DNA of 58,002 bases from Ferroplasma sp. (GCF_037442045.1 NZ_JBBIRC010000001.1:1-58002); one strand, 5' to 3'; shown: positions 39,641-49,166, numbered from the stretch's first letter. Translations and numbers: made by a program. Notes: generated by a model from the sequence alone, not told the origin.

Positions 39641-39708
39641 AATACCGCTCAGCTTGCCCGTCATTAATCATTCAATCATTTATCAATAAATATCATCATA
39701 GCGGTATT
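39641..39708 (-). ncRNA. box C/D small guide RNA (predicted D-guide target 16S C1402, E. coli numbering)
   Basis: Minus strand reads AATACCGC T [ATGATGA] TATTTATTGATAA [ATGA] TTGA [ATGATTA] ATGACGGGCAAG [CTGA] GCGGTATT: perfect C and D boxes, plausible D'/C' boxes, 8-bp terminal stem, intergenic location. Confidence 0.8.
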
Positions 39709-39872
39709 TCATTATTATTTTATTGTATATTAAATTTTAAACTTATAAGATTCCTGAAGTTTTTAATGCATCATTTTCTTCCTGTACTGACATTAATTGA
39801 ATTTAAACTAGCCACGCAGTAAATCAGATAATTTTAAAGAATAAATATTTCTATAAACTTAAAAAATAAAAA

Positions 39873-39945
39873 TGGGGCTGCCCGAATTTGAATCGGAGTC
39901 TCAGGCTCCCAAAGCCCGTAGGATACCAAGCTACCCCACAGCCCC
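39873..39945 (-). tRNA. tRNA-Pro (anticodon TGG)
   Basis: Reverse complement GGGGCTGTGGGGTAGCTTGGTATCCTACGGGCTTTGGGAGCCTGAGACTCCGATTCAAATTCGGGCAGCCCCA forms a cloverleaf with anticodon loop TTTGGGA. No intron; CCA not encoded; followed by a T-run. Confidence 0.96.
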
Positions 39946-39983
39946 TTGTAACTACAGTTTAAAAAGGTATATAAAATTTATAT

Positions 39984-41057
39984 TTATTGTTTGGTTTTAA
40001 CAGTTTTTTTGGGAGTAGGAGTTTCAGGTATGAGTTTTGCAATTCTGTGGTTTGATACATAGGCATAGTATATCATCATCAGTACAAGCCATGTTCCGCC
40101 TATAAATGAAATTAGAAATACCAGATATTGCATTGGTGTATCCGTTGTAACAGCAGGTATATAGGATACTATGTTTGCATTTCCAAATACATATGGATAT
40201 TCCTTTAATTCCAGAAAAACGAGTGATATAATAGTTAACAATATAATAAATGGCTTATATGATGCAATATATGTTGTTTCTTTGAAGATATAGAGTATGG
40301 GTATAATTAGAGCCAGTATTATTGGTATTATTATATAAATATTATTGACTGTATAATCCTTTGCTGTTATGGAATAATAAGAAGACATAAATATGGCCAG
40401 TCCTATTGCAACAAGTATTAATGGAAGGAATTTGCCAGTAGGCGTTTTTATATCAGTTAATTTGTAAAATACCATTCCCAGTCCATTTGCCATTATCAGG
40501 GCTCCGATAATAAATCCTATGACGCCTAAATGTGAGTAGAATACACCGAAATTTGTATAACTGTCAGAATATGGTTTATATGAAACTGCACCATAGCCAT
40601 AAAGATGGACGCCGTATCCGCTTGATATTGCTGCAAGTATAGAGAGTGCCATTATACCCATAATAAAGGTTGCAACCGTATATACAAAATAAAGTTTCCT
40701 CTCATCAAAATATTGTTTTTCATGCCATATAAATTCCGCATATACGATAAAAGAGTTTCTTACAACAAGGAAGAAGATAAATGTTGCAAATAATGGAAAT
40801 AATGCATATGATATTGAAGGCATCAGTATCGGTATAACATTTTCCATATCTACAAGCCACAGTACGAAGAATGTTCCAACAACTTCCCAAACCGGGACTA
40901 TGTAAGATAAAACATTTATTCTGGTTTTATTTTCTTTGAATCTTGTTGCAATTGGAACAACAGCCATCATTTCTGTTGAAAACATAGTAACCATGGATGC
41001 CACTACCACGATTAAAAATAGTACATCAATATTTAAACCGTAAATTAAATCTGCCAT
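39984..41057 (-). CDS. cydB: cytochrome bd-type quinol oxidase subunit II (divergent)
   Basis: Directly downstream of cydA; PVWEV.GTF motif at the position of the CydB PxWDxNE motif; multi-TM. Confidence 0.75.
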   Translation of the reverse strand: MADLIYGLNIDVLFLIVVVASMVTMFSTEMMAVVPIATRFKENKTRINVLSYIVPVWEVVGTFFVLWLVDMENVIPILMPSISYALFPLFATFIFFLVVRNSFIVYAEFIWHEKQYFDERKLYFVYTVATFIMGIMALSILAAISSGYGVHLYGYGAVSYKPYSDSYTNFGVFYSHLGVIGFIIGALIMANGLGMVFYKLTDIKTPTGKFLPLILVAIGLAIFMSSYYSITAKDYTVNNIYIIIPIILALIIPILYIFKETTYIASYKPFIILLTIISLVFLELKEYPYVFGNANIVSYIPAVTTDTPMQYLVFLISFIGGTWLVLMMIYYAYVSNHRIAKLIPETPTPKKTVKTKQ

Positions 41058-41062
41058 TTATC

Positions 41063-42559
41063 TCACCTCATCCCTGCTTTTGCGGAAACACCTTTGTTTC
41101 TCTTTCTTTCTTCTTCCATCTTTAAATCATCTTCGCCCAGTTTTAAATCTTCCTCTACATTAGATAGTTTCATGACCTTCCCTGCGAAATAGAATGTCAC
41201 GGGGAACACTATGAGGTAGAATGCTATAATTGCTATTCCAAGCGGAAATACAATTGGTGAGGTTGATGCAGCCTGAGCTATGGTCATTGTTCCATAATAT
41301 TTAACGCCGTTGACGACAAAACCTCCGGCTACGGGTGATCTTATAATAAATGGAACTCTTCCTACTTCTGCTGTGTACCATCCATCTTCCATTGTAAATA
41401 CACCCATTATAGCAAAGGCAATTCCTGCAAGAAGTGTGGTTTTGTTGCTTAATGGGTCTTTTTTCCTGAAGTACTGTATTACTACATATAACCAGTAGAA
41501 GCCCATTAGCATTCCAAAGCCAACCATCAGATCAAGAGTGTCATGCACTACGTATGGAGGCCAGACACCGTAATCCGTAACACCATTATACGTTGTTAAG
41601 GGTATAAGGCCAGGAATTGAACCTTTGCCAAATGTGAAAGGAAACGCCAGAAGAGATTGTGCATATGGAAATGATGGTGCATAAGCCAGTTTATGATTTA
41701 TGAGTATACCAAAAATATGCTCAGGGGCCATGGTTGCAAATGATGTCCCTATTGTCGCATGCAAATCAAGCTCCAGTGCGGTATATTTTATTGGCTCTAT
41801 AACCATTAAAGTTGAAAGCTCGTTTGACCCTGTTGCCCCAAGGTATATAATATCGAGAATCATAAATACTGCAGCTATATTGATTCCTCTTCTGTAAACC
41901 ATCTTTTCGGACATATTTGTTGTTTTTATGTATTTATATATTAAATATCCAAGAATCATTGCTATGCCTGCGTAATAAACAGCGCCGGACATATGGAGTT
42001 CTTCAGCAGCAGTAGAAGCTGTGAGAAATGGTGCAAAAGGATTTACATTTGTTACCTGTCCTGTAGTCACAAATTTCTCTACATTAAAACCATTTGGAGT
42101 GTTCATCCATGCATTTATTTCAGTAACTGTAAAAGCTGATAGATATGTTCCTATTGTAACAGCAAGGCTCAATCCCCAGTGCTCCCATCTATTTTTAAAA
42201 TCCTTCCAGAAATATACATACATTGGAAGGGCAATAGCTTCTAGCAGGAACGAAAATACTTCAACATAGAAAGGACCCATGGAAACCTCCCCAACCAGCT
42301 TCATGAAATTTGGCCAGAAAAGGAATAATTCCATAGCCATTACTGTTCCTGAAGCAGTACCAACGGCAAAAAATATGACAAGTGCTTTAGATAGTTTGTA
42401 TGCAAGCGTGTCATAATATTTATCTTTCTTTTTCAGTGCAAGGAATTCTGCAATGGTTACCATAATTGCAAGGCCCATACTCAATGAGACCAGCAGTATA
42501 TGCGAAGATATAGTGTAAGCGAACATTGCACTATCCCAAACCGGATATGATATGAACAT
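41063..42559 (-). CDS. cydA: cytochrome bd-type quinol oxidase subunit I
   Basis: SHILL (heme His), FAVGTASG, E..F.LE, NAWMNTP, ELH (His), EPIKYTALE (Q-loop K/E), DLMVG (Met), GW...EVGRVPF. Confidence 0.92.
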   Translation of the reverse strand: MFISYPVWDSAMFAYTISSHILLVSLSMGLAIMVTIAEFLALKKKDKYYDTLAYKLSKALVIFFAVGTASGTVMAMELFLFWPNFMKLVGEVSMGPFYVEVFSFLLEAIALPMYVYFWKDFKNRWEHWGLSLAVTIGTYLSAFTVTEINAWMNTPNGFNVEKFVTTGQVTNVNPFAPFLTASTAAEELHMSGAVYYAGIAMILGYLIYKYIKTTNMSEKMVYRRGINIAAVFMILDIIYLGATGSNELSTLMVIEPIKYTALELDLHATIGTSFATMAPEHIFGILINHKLAYAPSFPYAQSLLAFPFTFGKGSIPGLIPLTTYNGVTDYGVWPPYVVHDTLDLMVGFGMLMGFYWLYVVIQYFRKKDPLSNKTTLLAGIAFAIMGVFTMEDGWYTAEVGRVPFIIRSPVAGGFVVNGVKYYGTMTIAQAASTSPIVFPLGIAIIAFYLIVFPVTFYFAGKVMKLSNVEEDLKLGEDDLKMEEERKRNKGVSAKAGMR

Positions 42560-42690
42560 GTTTACCAAAAACGTAATTATAAAATCATATTTAAAGTTAA
42601 TTTTATTCCCAGAGTAACTAAATTATTCTATAATTTCAGAATCATGAAAAAATAATCATAAATTATTAATCAAATATAAAAATATTTTCA

Positions 42691-43506
42691 TTAAACTATT
42701 ACCGGTTTGAATGGTTTAATTATATTTTTTTCGGCTGCTCTTTTATAATATAAATCAAGGGCTTTTCGTCCGGTTTCCCCAAAGTCTATAGAAAGATCAT
42801 TTACATACATTAAAATAAATTTTCTTTCCAGTTCAAAATCATCATATCTCGAATATTTCATGGCATATTTTACTGCATCTGTTTCATGTTCTTTTGCATA
42901 TTTTATTGAATTTTCGAAGTCGGTTTTGTACTTTAATTTGTATTCAAGAGGCATGTCCTTTTTAATTGCGTTGAATCCCAGCGGTATTGGAAGGTCCCCT
43001 GCATATTTTTTCCATTCATCATAAAGGCTTAAAACCTTTACAAGGCCTTTGTTCTGGAAAGTTAATTGCTCATCGTGAATTATTATCCCTGCATCGACTT
43101 CATCTTCCATAATTGAATTTACTATTTTATCAAATCTTATTTCCTTAAATTTTCCTGCTTCAGGGGCAAACATTCTGTATAACAGTTCAGCAGATGTATA
43201 TTTTCCCGGTGTGGCTATTGTTTTGCCTTTCAGGTCAATTTTATTTTTTGCTATTACAAGTGGGCCATAGGTCAATCCAAAGCTTGCTCCTGATGTTGTA
43301 AGATCATATTTATCGGCAACATGCATGTAACCGTTTGCTGATATTGCAGTAACATCATAGTTGGCATCAACAGACTCTCTGTTAAGTGTTTCGATATCCT
43401 TTACAACCTGTTCATAATCAAAAGATGTTTCTATCTTGTGCTCAAACATGGCGTAGAACATAAATGCGTCGTCCGGATCCGGTGTGTGTGCTATTATCAT
43501 TTTCAT
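42691..43506 (-). CDS. mqnD: MqnA/MqnD-family menaquinone biosynthesis protein (most like 1,4-dihydroxy-6-naphthoate synthase)
   Basis: AHTPDPDDAFMF, DIETLN, GASFG..YGP, PGKYTSA, IIHDE, LPIPLG, MYVN. Confidence 0.8.
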   Translation of the reverse strand: MKMIIAHTPDPDDAFMFYAMFEHKIETSFDYEQVVKDIETLNRESVDANYDVTAISANGYMHVADKYDLTTSGASFGLTYGPLVIAKNKIDLKGKTIATPGKYTSAELLYRMFAPEAGKFKEIRFDKIVNSIMEDEVDAGIIIHDEQLTFQNKGLVKVLSLYDEWKKYAGDLPIPLGFNAIKKDMPLEYKLKYKTDFENSIKYAKEHETDAVKYAMKYSRYDDFELERKFILMYVNDLSIDFGETGRKALDLYYKRAAEKNIIKPFKPVIV

Positions 43507-43714
43507 ACATATATATTGCAATAAAGTAAAAAGTATTTCCTCTTATGAATATTTTTTTGGAATTGAAATATGATGTGGTTAATTCACTCAAATTAATGCT
43601 TTTACCGTAGTTTGTATTCTATTTTTTCAAAAACTCAAATTCCTGTAAAGCTGGATAAATAAAAAAATATTCTATTAAATAGAGCTGATTATATAAAAAA
43701 TAAAATAATATTTA

Positions 43715-44119
43715 TCAGGAATTTATTACAAATTTATATCCATATTCTATTATACCGCTATCCCCATCCTGCCTTATTTTTCTGAAGACTGCATGAACCT
43801 TGGTTCCAATGTCAACATCACCAGGATCGCAATCAACGATCTGAGCAGTTATTACAGGGCCTTCCTTCAATTTTATAAGGGCAAGTATATATGGAACCTG
43901 CCTTTTAAATGCCGGTGCTGCATCATGGACAAGTGTGTGTGAAATAACTTCACCATCACCACTGAATTTTATTTTTTCCATCTTTCCAATAGATTCCCTG
44001 TGGCATTTAGGGCATATATCTCTTGGAGGAAAATATGAAGTTCCACAATTCATGCATTTAAATCCAATAAGATTGTATCTATATTCTGTTTCTCTCCAGA
44101 TTCTTGATAATTCTGTCAT
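43715..44119 (-). CDS. DUF35 Zn-ribbon/OB-fold scaffold protein
   Basis: WR...RY.L.G.KC..CG...FPPR..CPKC, FRKI..DG..GII.YGYKF; downstream of the thiolase. Confidence 0.93.
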   Translation of the reverse strand: MTELSRIWRETEYRYNLIGFKCMNCGTSYFPPRDICPKCHRESIGKMEKIKFSGDGEVISHTLVHDAAPAFKRQVPYILALIKLKEGPVITAQIVDCDPGDVDIGTKVHAVFRKIRQDGDSGIIEYGYKFVINS

Positions 44120-44120
44120 T

Positions 44121-45284
44121 TTATTCACCCAGTATGTGTATTATTGAAGATGTTCCAGTTCCAGCCATATTGTGCAAAAGTGCGTACCTGGCATTCTTAA
44201 TCTGGTTAGCCCCTGCAACTCCCTTTAATTGCCTGTATGCATCTACAGCCTGCCCTACACCAACTGCACCATATGGATCTCCTTTAGCTTTCAATCCTCC
44301 AGACGGATTTACCGGCAGTCTTCCGTTCAGTTTTATATCGTCATATACTAAATCCTTTGCTTTTCCTTTTTCTGCAAATCCTAGATCTTCCATTTCCAGT
44401 AATCCATATATTGAAAATGAGTCATGGATCTCCATAAATGATATATCATCCCTTTTGATCTTTGCCTTCTGAAATACTTTTTCAGCTGCCAGTTTTGTAG
44501 AAGACAGAGTATATATTGATTTTCTGGATCCTACAGAAAGATAATCCTCAGCCACGGCAGAGCTCAATATGTGAACACCTTCGCGCTTATTTTTTTTCAT
44601 GAAATCTTCGGAAGCAAGAACAAGGGCTGCAGCGCCATCACTCAGGGGAGAGCAATCCATCAGATTTAATGGGTCTGCGACTTCCACTGCATTCATTGCC
44701 TGCTGCAGTGTCAATTTATTTCTGAATTGTGCATCAGGGTTCTTTGAGCTATTTGCATGGTCATTTACAGAAAACATTGATAATGCTTCCTTTTCAACGT
44801 TAAAATCATGCATATATTTTCTGGCAATAAGAGCGGCCATTGCCGCAGGTGTTGCACCAAAAAATGCTTCCCATTCACGGTCAAGAATAGAAGATAACTT
44901 TTCAAGTATGTCACTTCCATGTATATCGGTCATCTTTTCAACTCCACCGACAACTGCCACATCGTATTCGCCTGATTTTATAGAAAGATATGCTTCCCTA
45001 AGTGCCGCAGCACCTGATGCTGTTGACGATTCAACTCTGAGTGATGGTATTCCATCTTCTGATAGGCCGGAAAAGTCCGTTATCAATGCCCCTATATTTT
45101 CCTGTTTATTTATAATTCCAGCAAGTGAATTAGCTCCGTAAATAACACCTATATCCCTGGAATATATTCCAGCATCTTCAATAGCTTTTAAACCTGCTTC
45201 TACTGCAAGGTTTCTCAATGATTTATCCCACAATTCGCCGAACTTTGTTTCTCCAGCGCCAATAATATAAACTTCATTACTCAA
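44121..45284 (-). CDS. thiolase (acetoacetyl-CoA thiolase family) homolog with catalytic residues substituted
   Basis: [44 protein letters not shown]. The motifs read [12 protein letters not shown] and GDP instead of VEAACASG, HDCF and GHP. TTG 45284 follows GGTGA. Confidence 0.88.
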   Translation of the reverse strand: MSNEVYIIGAGETKFGELWDKSLRNLAVEAGLKAIEDAGIYSRDIGVIYGANSLAGIINKQENIGALITDFSGLSEDGIPSLRVESSTASGAAALREAYLSIKSGEYDVAVVGGVEKMTDIHGSDILEKLSSILDREWEAFFGATPAAMAALIARKYMHDFNVEKEALSMFSVNDHANSSKNPDAQFRNKLTLQQAMNAVEVADPLNLMDCSPLSDGAAALVLASEDFMKKNKREGVHILSSAVAEDYLSVGSRKSIYTLSSTKLAAEKVFQKAKIKRDDISFMEIHDSFSIYGLLEMEDLGFAEKGKAKDLVYDDIKLNGRLPVNPSGGLKAKGDPYGAVGVGQAVDAYRQLKGVAGANQIKNARYALLHNMAGTGTSSIIHILGE

Positions 45285-46332
45285 GGCTATCACCCATAAC
45301 AATTATTTTTCTAAATTTTGTATACATAGCGTAATCTATAAATTTTACCTTTTCTATCATTTTTCTCACTGCAGGTGCGTTTTCACGCTTATAATTTTTC
45401 ATATTTTCTGTTACAGTAATATCAAAAGCATCAGAACCAGCACCTGAACCAAAAGAAACAGCAAGAATTCTGTCACCGGGTTTTGCTTCATCAAGTATTG
45501 CAGATAAGCCAATCATCGTAGAACCGGAATATGTATTTCCTATATATGGCGTCATAAGACCTGTTTTATACTGTTCTTCTGTAAAACCAAGAATTTTTGC
45601 AGCCCTTGTGGGAAATTTTCCGTTTGGCTGATGGAATACTGCATAATCATAATCTGTATTCTTTGTTCCCATTCTGTCCATCATTGCTTTGGCTGCTGCT
45701 ATAACATGCTTAAAATATCCCGGTTCTCCGGTAAATCTTTCTCCGTGCCTGGGATATGGCTCACCTTCCCTTCTCCAGAAATCGGGCGTATCTGTAGAGA
45801 CTGACAAAGTGTCGTTGATTTCTGCAATTACATCTTCCTTACCAATAAGCATTGCTGCACCGCCAGCGGAGGCACTGTATTCAAGGGCATCCCCAGGAGC
45901 TCCCTGTGATGTATCCGATCCTATAGCAATACCGTATTTTATGTAGCCAGCATCAACCATTGCCTTAACATTCTGCATTCCTGCTGTACCTGCCTTGCAT
46001 GCAAATTCGTAATCAGCGGCAAAATATTGAAGGGGCATTCCAATTGCAGCTGCAACTATGGTTGCTGTTGGCTTAACTGCGTATGGATGAGATTCTGAAC
46101 CCACGTAAATTGCACCGATATCGTGTGGATTTAATTTCTTTCTTTTTAAAGCGTTTCTTGCTGCTTCAACAGAAATTGAAGCAACATCCTCATCCGGGGA
46201 AGGCACTGATTTGCTCAGTATAAAAAGGTTATTTTTCATTTTTTCTGGGTCATCACCCCATATCCTGGCGATTTCCTCTGGTTTTATTCTGTATACAGGG
46301 ATATATGATCCGTAACTTACTATTCCAGACAT
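45277..46332 (-). CDS. hydroxymethylglutaryl-CoA synthase
   Basis: [11 protein letters not shown] (Glu), EFACKAG (Cys), [17 protein letters not shown] (His), [16 protein letters not shown]. Confidence 0.95.
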   Translation of the reverse strand: MSGIVSYGSYIPVYRIKPEEIARIWGDDPEKMKNNLFILSKSVPSPDEDVASISVEAARNALKRKKLNPHDIGAIYVGSESHPYAVKPTATIVAAAIGMPLQYFAADYEFACKAGTAGMQNVKAMVDAGYIKYGIAIGSDTSQGAPGDALEYSASAGGAAMLIGKEDVIAEINDTLSVSTDTPDFWRREGEPYPRHGERFTGEPGYFKHVIAAAKAMMDRMGTKNTDYDYAVFHQPNGKFPTRAAKILGFTEEQYKTGLMTPYIGNTYSGSTMIGLSAILDEAKPGDRILAVSFGSGAGSDAFDITVTENMKNYKRENAPAVRKMIEKVKFIDYAMYTKFRKIIVMGDSLE

Positions 46333-46476
46333 AAAGAGATAAGTATAAGGGCATATATAAAAATTCACGTTTAATAATTCGCTTATTACCGTATAAAGAA
46401 GATAAGTTTCTGATAGTAAATTCAGTAATTAAAATCTTTTAAAAAGCTTTATATAGGATTTATTCATCGTTATGTT

Positions 46477-47322
46477 ATGGCAAGTATAGATATTGGAGAA
46501 GTACTTTTAATTTTAGTCGTAATAATAATAGTGGCAGTCATACTTTCAGGAATTCATATTTTGAAAGAATGGCAGAGAGCACCGGTTTTGACTCTTGGAA
46601 GGTATACCGGATTGAAAGGACCGGGGCTTGTTTATGTAACGCCAATTATAAGTAAAATAACGGTTGTTCTTTCAACGAGAATACAGGCAGTGGCCTTTAA
46701 AACAGAGTCAACATTTACCCAGGATAACGTTCCTGTAAATGTCGATGCAGTTATGTATTTCCAGATTATTGACCCTGATAAGGCTATATTAAATGTTGAA
46801 AACTATGCTGCTGCAACTCAGCTTGCTGCACAGACAACATTGAGAGAAGTTCTGGGTAAATCATCATTCGATGAAATATTATCAGAAAGAGAAAAAATTG
46901 GTGAGTCCGCGAGACAGATCATTGATGAAAAAACAGAGCACTGGGGAATTAAAGTATCATCGGTTGAAATTAGGGATGTACTTGTTCCACAAACACTTCA
47001 GGATGCAATGTCAAGGCAGGCTGCTGCAGAAAGGGAAAGGAGATCGAGAGTTACACTTGCGCTTGCTGAAGTTGAAGCAGCCGGTAAAATGGTGGATGCT
47101 GCAAAACAGTATGCAAACAATCCGACAGCTTTCCAGCTGAGATGGATGGATATAGTATATCAGATAGGGCTTGAAGGAAAAGGTTCACTTATAATGATAC
47201 CGCAGAATGTACCTACCGTTGGAGATACATCGCAGTTCTTTACAGCAACAGCATTAAATAATATATTAAGCAAGAGTACTGGAAATGTTGGCAACAGCAC
47301 TACAAGTGGGAGTAAACAATAA
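46477..47322 (+). CDS. SPFH/stomatin (band 7) family protein
   Basis: N-terminal hydrophobic segment, GPGL, TQDNV.V.VDAV, AQTTLR, WGIKV..VEIRDV, AERERR. Confidence 0.93.
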   Translation: MASIDIGEVLLILVVIIIVAVILSGIHILKEWQRAPVLTLGRYTGLKGPGLVYVTPIISKITVVLSTRIQAVAFKTESTFTQDNVPVNVDAVMYFQIIDPDKAILNVENYAAATQLAAQTTLREVLGKSSFDEILSEREKIGESARQIIDEKTEHWGIKVSSVEIRDVLVPQTLQDAMSRQAAAERERRSRVTLALAEVEAAGKMVDAAKQYANNPTAFQLRWMDIVYQIGLEGKGSLIMIPQNVPTVGDTSQFFTATALNNILSKSTGNVGNSTTSGSKQ

Positions 47323-48019
47323 TTAACTGGTTTACGTCCAGATCTCCGGGCCTGTTTTCACTGAAAGGCCCATTATAATTTAATATTGTTGATAATTTTT
47401 TTCTTCTCATTGAAAATATTTTTGCCAGAAATTTATCAAAACTTTCAATATCTATATCAAATTGTTTTTTCTTTATTGATATTACGGCGGAATCTACATT
47501 CGGAACAGGAGAAAAAACTTTTCTGGTTACCTTAAAGAGTATTTTTATATCTGACCTGACAGATGCATTAACTGTAAGCCTGGAATAATCCTTTGTGCCT
47601 GACATGGCTACCAGCCTAATTGCAAACTCCTTTTGAACCATGAGTATTGCGGAGTCAAAATCAAAATTTAATAGTCTAAACAGTATTGGTGATGATAAAT
47701 TATATGGTATATTTCCTATAATATGATTGTAATACGAAGGTTCTGTATCAAGAAAGCTTTCCTTAATAATTTTAAATTTTCCTGACCTGATCTCTTCTGA
47801 ATATCTGATGCTTAAATTTTCATAAAATCTATGGTCAGGCTCAATAGCAGTAAGTTTAACAGGTTCTGATAATATAAGATCGGTAAGAATCCCGTTGCCG
47901 GGTCCAATTTCCAGAACACTATCAGATGGTTTTAGGCCAAGGGCCCTTACCTCACGGGCAGCAAGGTTTTTGTCGTTTAAAAATACCTGCCCGTATTTTT
48001 TTGAAAAATTTCCGGTCAT
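47300..48019 (-). CDS. rsmA: 16S rRNA adenine dimethyltransferase RsmA/KsgA
   Basis: KKYGQVFL, LEIGPG.G.LT, GNIPYNLSS, MVQKEFA.RL, F.PVP.VDS, F.MRRK. Confidence 0.95.
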   Translation of the reverse strand: MTGNFSKKYGQVFLNDKNLAAREVRALGLKPSDSVLEIGPGNGILTDLILSEPVKLTAIEPDHRFYENLSIRYSEEIRSGKFKIIKESFLDTEPSYYNHIIGNIPYNLSSPILFRLLNFDFDSAILMVQKEFAIRLVAMSGTKDYSRLTVNASVRSDIKILFKVTRKVFSPVPNVDSAVISIKKKQFDIDIESFDKFLAKIFSMRRKKLSTILNYNGPFSENRPGDLDVNQLIIVYSHL

Positions 48020-48564
48020 TTTGCAACAAACAACTTGTATTTTTCATATCTGTTTTGCAGCTCATCCAGTATCCTGTTAACTATCATTTTCTTCGGGTTA
48101 TGCACGCTTTTAACACGCTCTGATATGTCATCAAATGATTTGAAAGGAGATATTTTTCTTTCGTCCAGAATTGCCCACATACTTTTATTTCCCAGCCCCG
48201 GGAGAAGCTCCAGTGTATGCATTCTTGCATTTATTGCTTCTGCATTATTGAAAAAATTGATAAATCTACCTGGATCATCGTCTATAATACTTTCTATTGC
48301 ATATGGAAGTTCGCTGATTGCCGCACTTGTCAGTTCCTTATACGTTATTCTACGTTTTATAGATATTATTTTATCTCTTTTTTCCGGTGATTTGCCAATA
48401 TATATTTTATCGCCCACAGTTATCACTGCATCCGGTTTTGGCAGTATTTCAAGCAGTTTAAATTCATTTTCCCCGATTGCAAGTATAAGTGGAGATTTTC
48501 TGAAATTCTTGTCTTCAGACCTTCCCTGCGACAAATAATCTATTATGTAAGCATATTCTTCCAT
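48016..48564 (-). CDS. DUF655 family putative RNA-binding protein
   Basis: EEYAYIIDYL, AIGE.EF.LLE, FFN.A, RMHTLELLPG.G.K, PF.SF.D. Confidence 0.9.
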   Translation of the reverse strand: MEEYAYIIDYLSQGRSEDKNFRKSPLILAIGENEFKLLEILPKPDAVITVGDKIYIGKSPEKRDKIISIKRRITYKELTSAAISELPYAIESIIDDDPGRFINFFNNAEAINARMHTLELLPGLGNKSMWAILDERKISPFKSFDDISERVKSVHNPKKMIVNRILDELQNRYEKYKLFVAK

Positions 48565-48873
48565 TTATAAAACCCTAAGTATATCGATTGTACTATCTAA
48601 AACTTTGTTATCTACAGTAATGTTATACGAGTTTAATATTGCCATTAGTTCCTCAGGTGTAGAAGGCTTAATGTCTATAATTTTAATTATTGTTTCCTTT
48701 GGAAATTTGTGCACTTTAAGTATATCGTTATAAAGTTGTTTTATGTCGAAATCCTTGTCATACTTTAAAAATTTCTCCACATATGTTAAAGTATCGTTTT
48801 CGCTTGTGGTTCTATCTTCTATGTTTATAAGGGCATTATAAACTTCGTTATTGGTTTTATAGGTTATTTTCAT
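48565..48873 (-). CDS. rpoF: RNA polymerase subunit Rpo4 (RpoF)
   Basis: Y..KF, KIIDI.P.T.EEL.AIL; conserved position between rpl21e and DUF655. Confidence 0.85.
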   Translation of the reverse strand: MKITYKTNNEVYNALINIEDRTTSENDTLTYVEKFLKYDKDFDIKQLYNDILKVHKFPKETIIKIIDIKPSTPEELMAILNSYNITVDNKVLDSTIDILRVL

Positions 48874-49166
48874 TGAGTTAACCTCTTGAGATGAACAGGC
48901 GCAGATATTATTTTTCTCTCTGTATTCCCAATTTTAATTTTAAGTATGTAGCAACTACCCTGCATACCTGTAATTTTTCCTGTTCTTCCCTGGAAGTTAT
49001 GAAAAGGCATTCCTTTCTGTATGGCTGGATCAATTACAACTGCAACTGTTTCACCTACTTCAAATTTCTTTAAAAGGCTATTTACCTTTGGCATTCCTCT
49101 CTGTTTTATTTTCTTCTTTAACTTGCTTCTTGAACCTGATCTGGTTCCATTAGACATTGTTGTCAT
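48870..49166 (-). CDS. rpl21e: 50S ribosomal protein L21e
   Basis: S.G.R...R, RG, GMPFHNFQGRTG, PVHL. Confidence 0.95.
   Translation of the reverse strand: MTTMSNGTRSGSRSKLKKKIKQRGMPKVNSLLKKFEVGETVAVVIDPAIQKGMPFHNFQGRTGKITGMQGSCYILKIKIGNTERKIISAPVHLKRLTQ

Noticed and set aside
39709-39872. Integrated element remnant downstream of tRNA-Pro
   Set aside because: It is only a short AT-rich spacer with a T-run after the tRNA; no att duplication or ORF is present.
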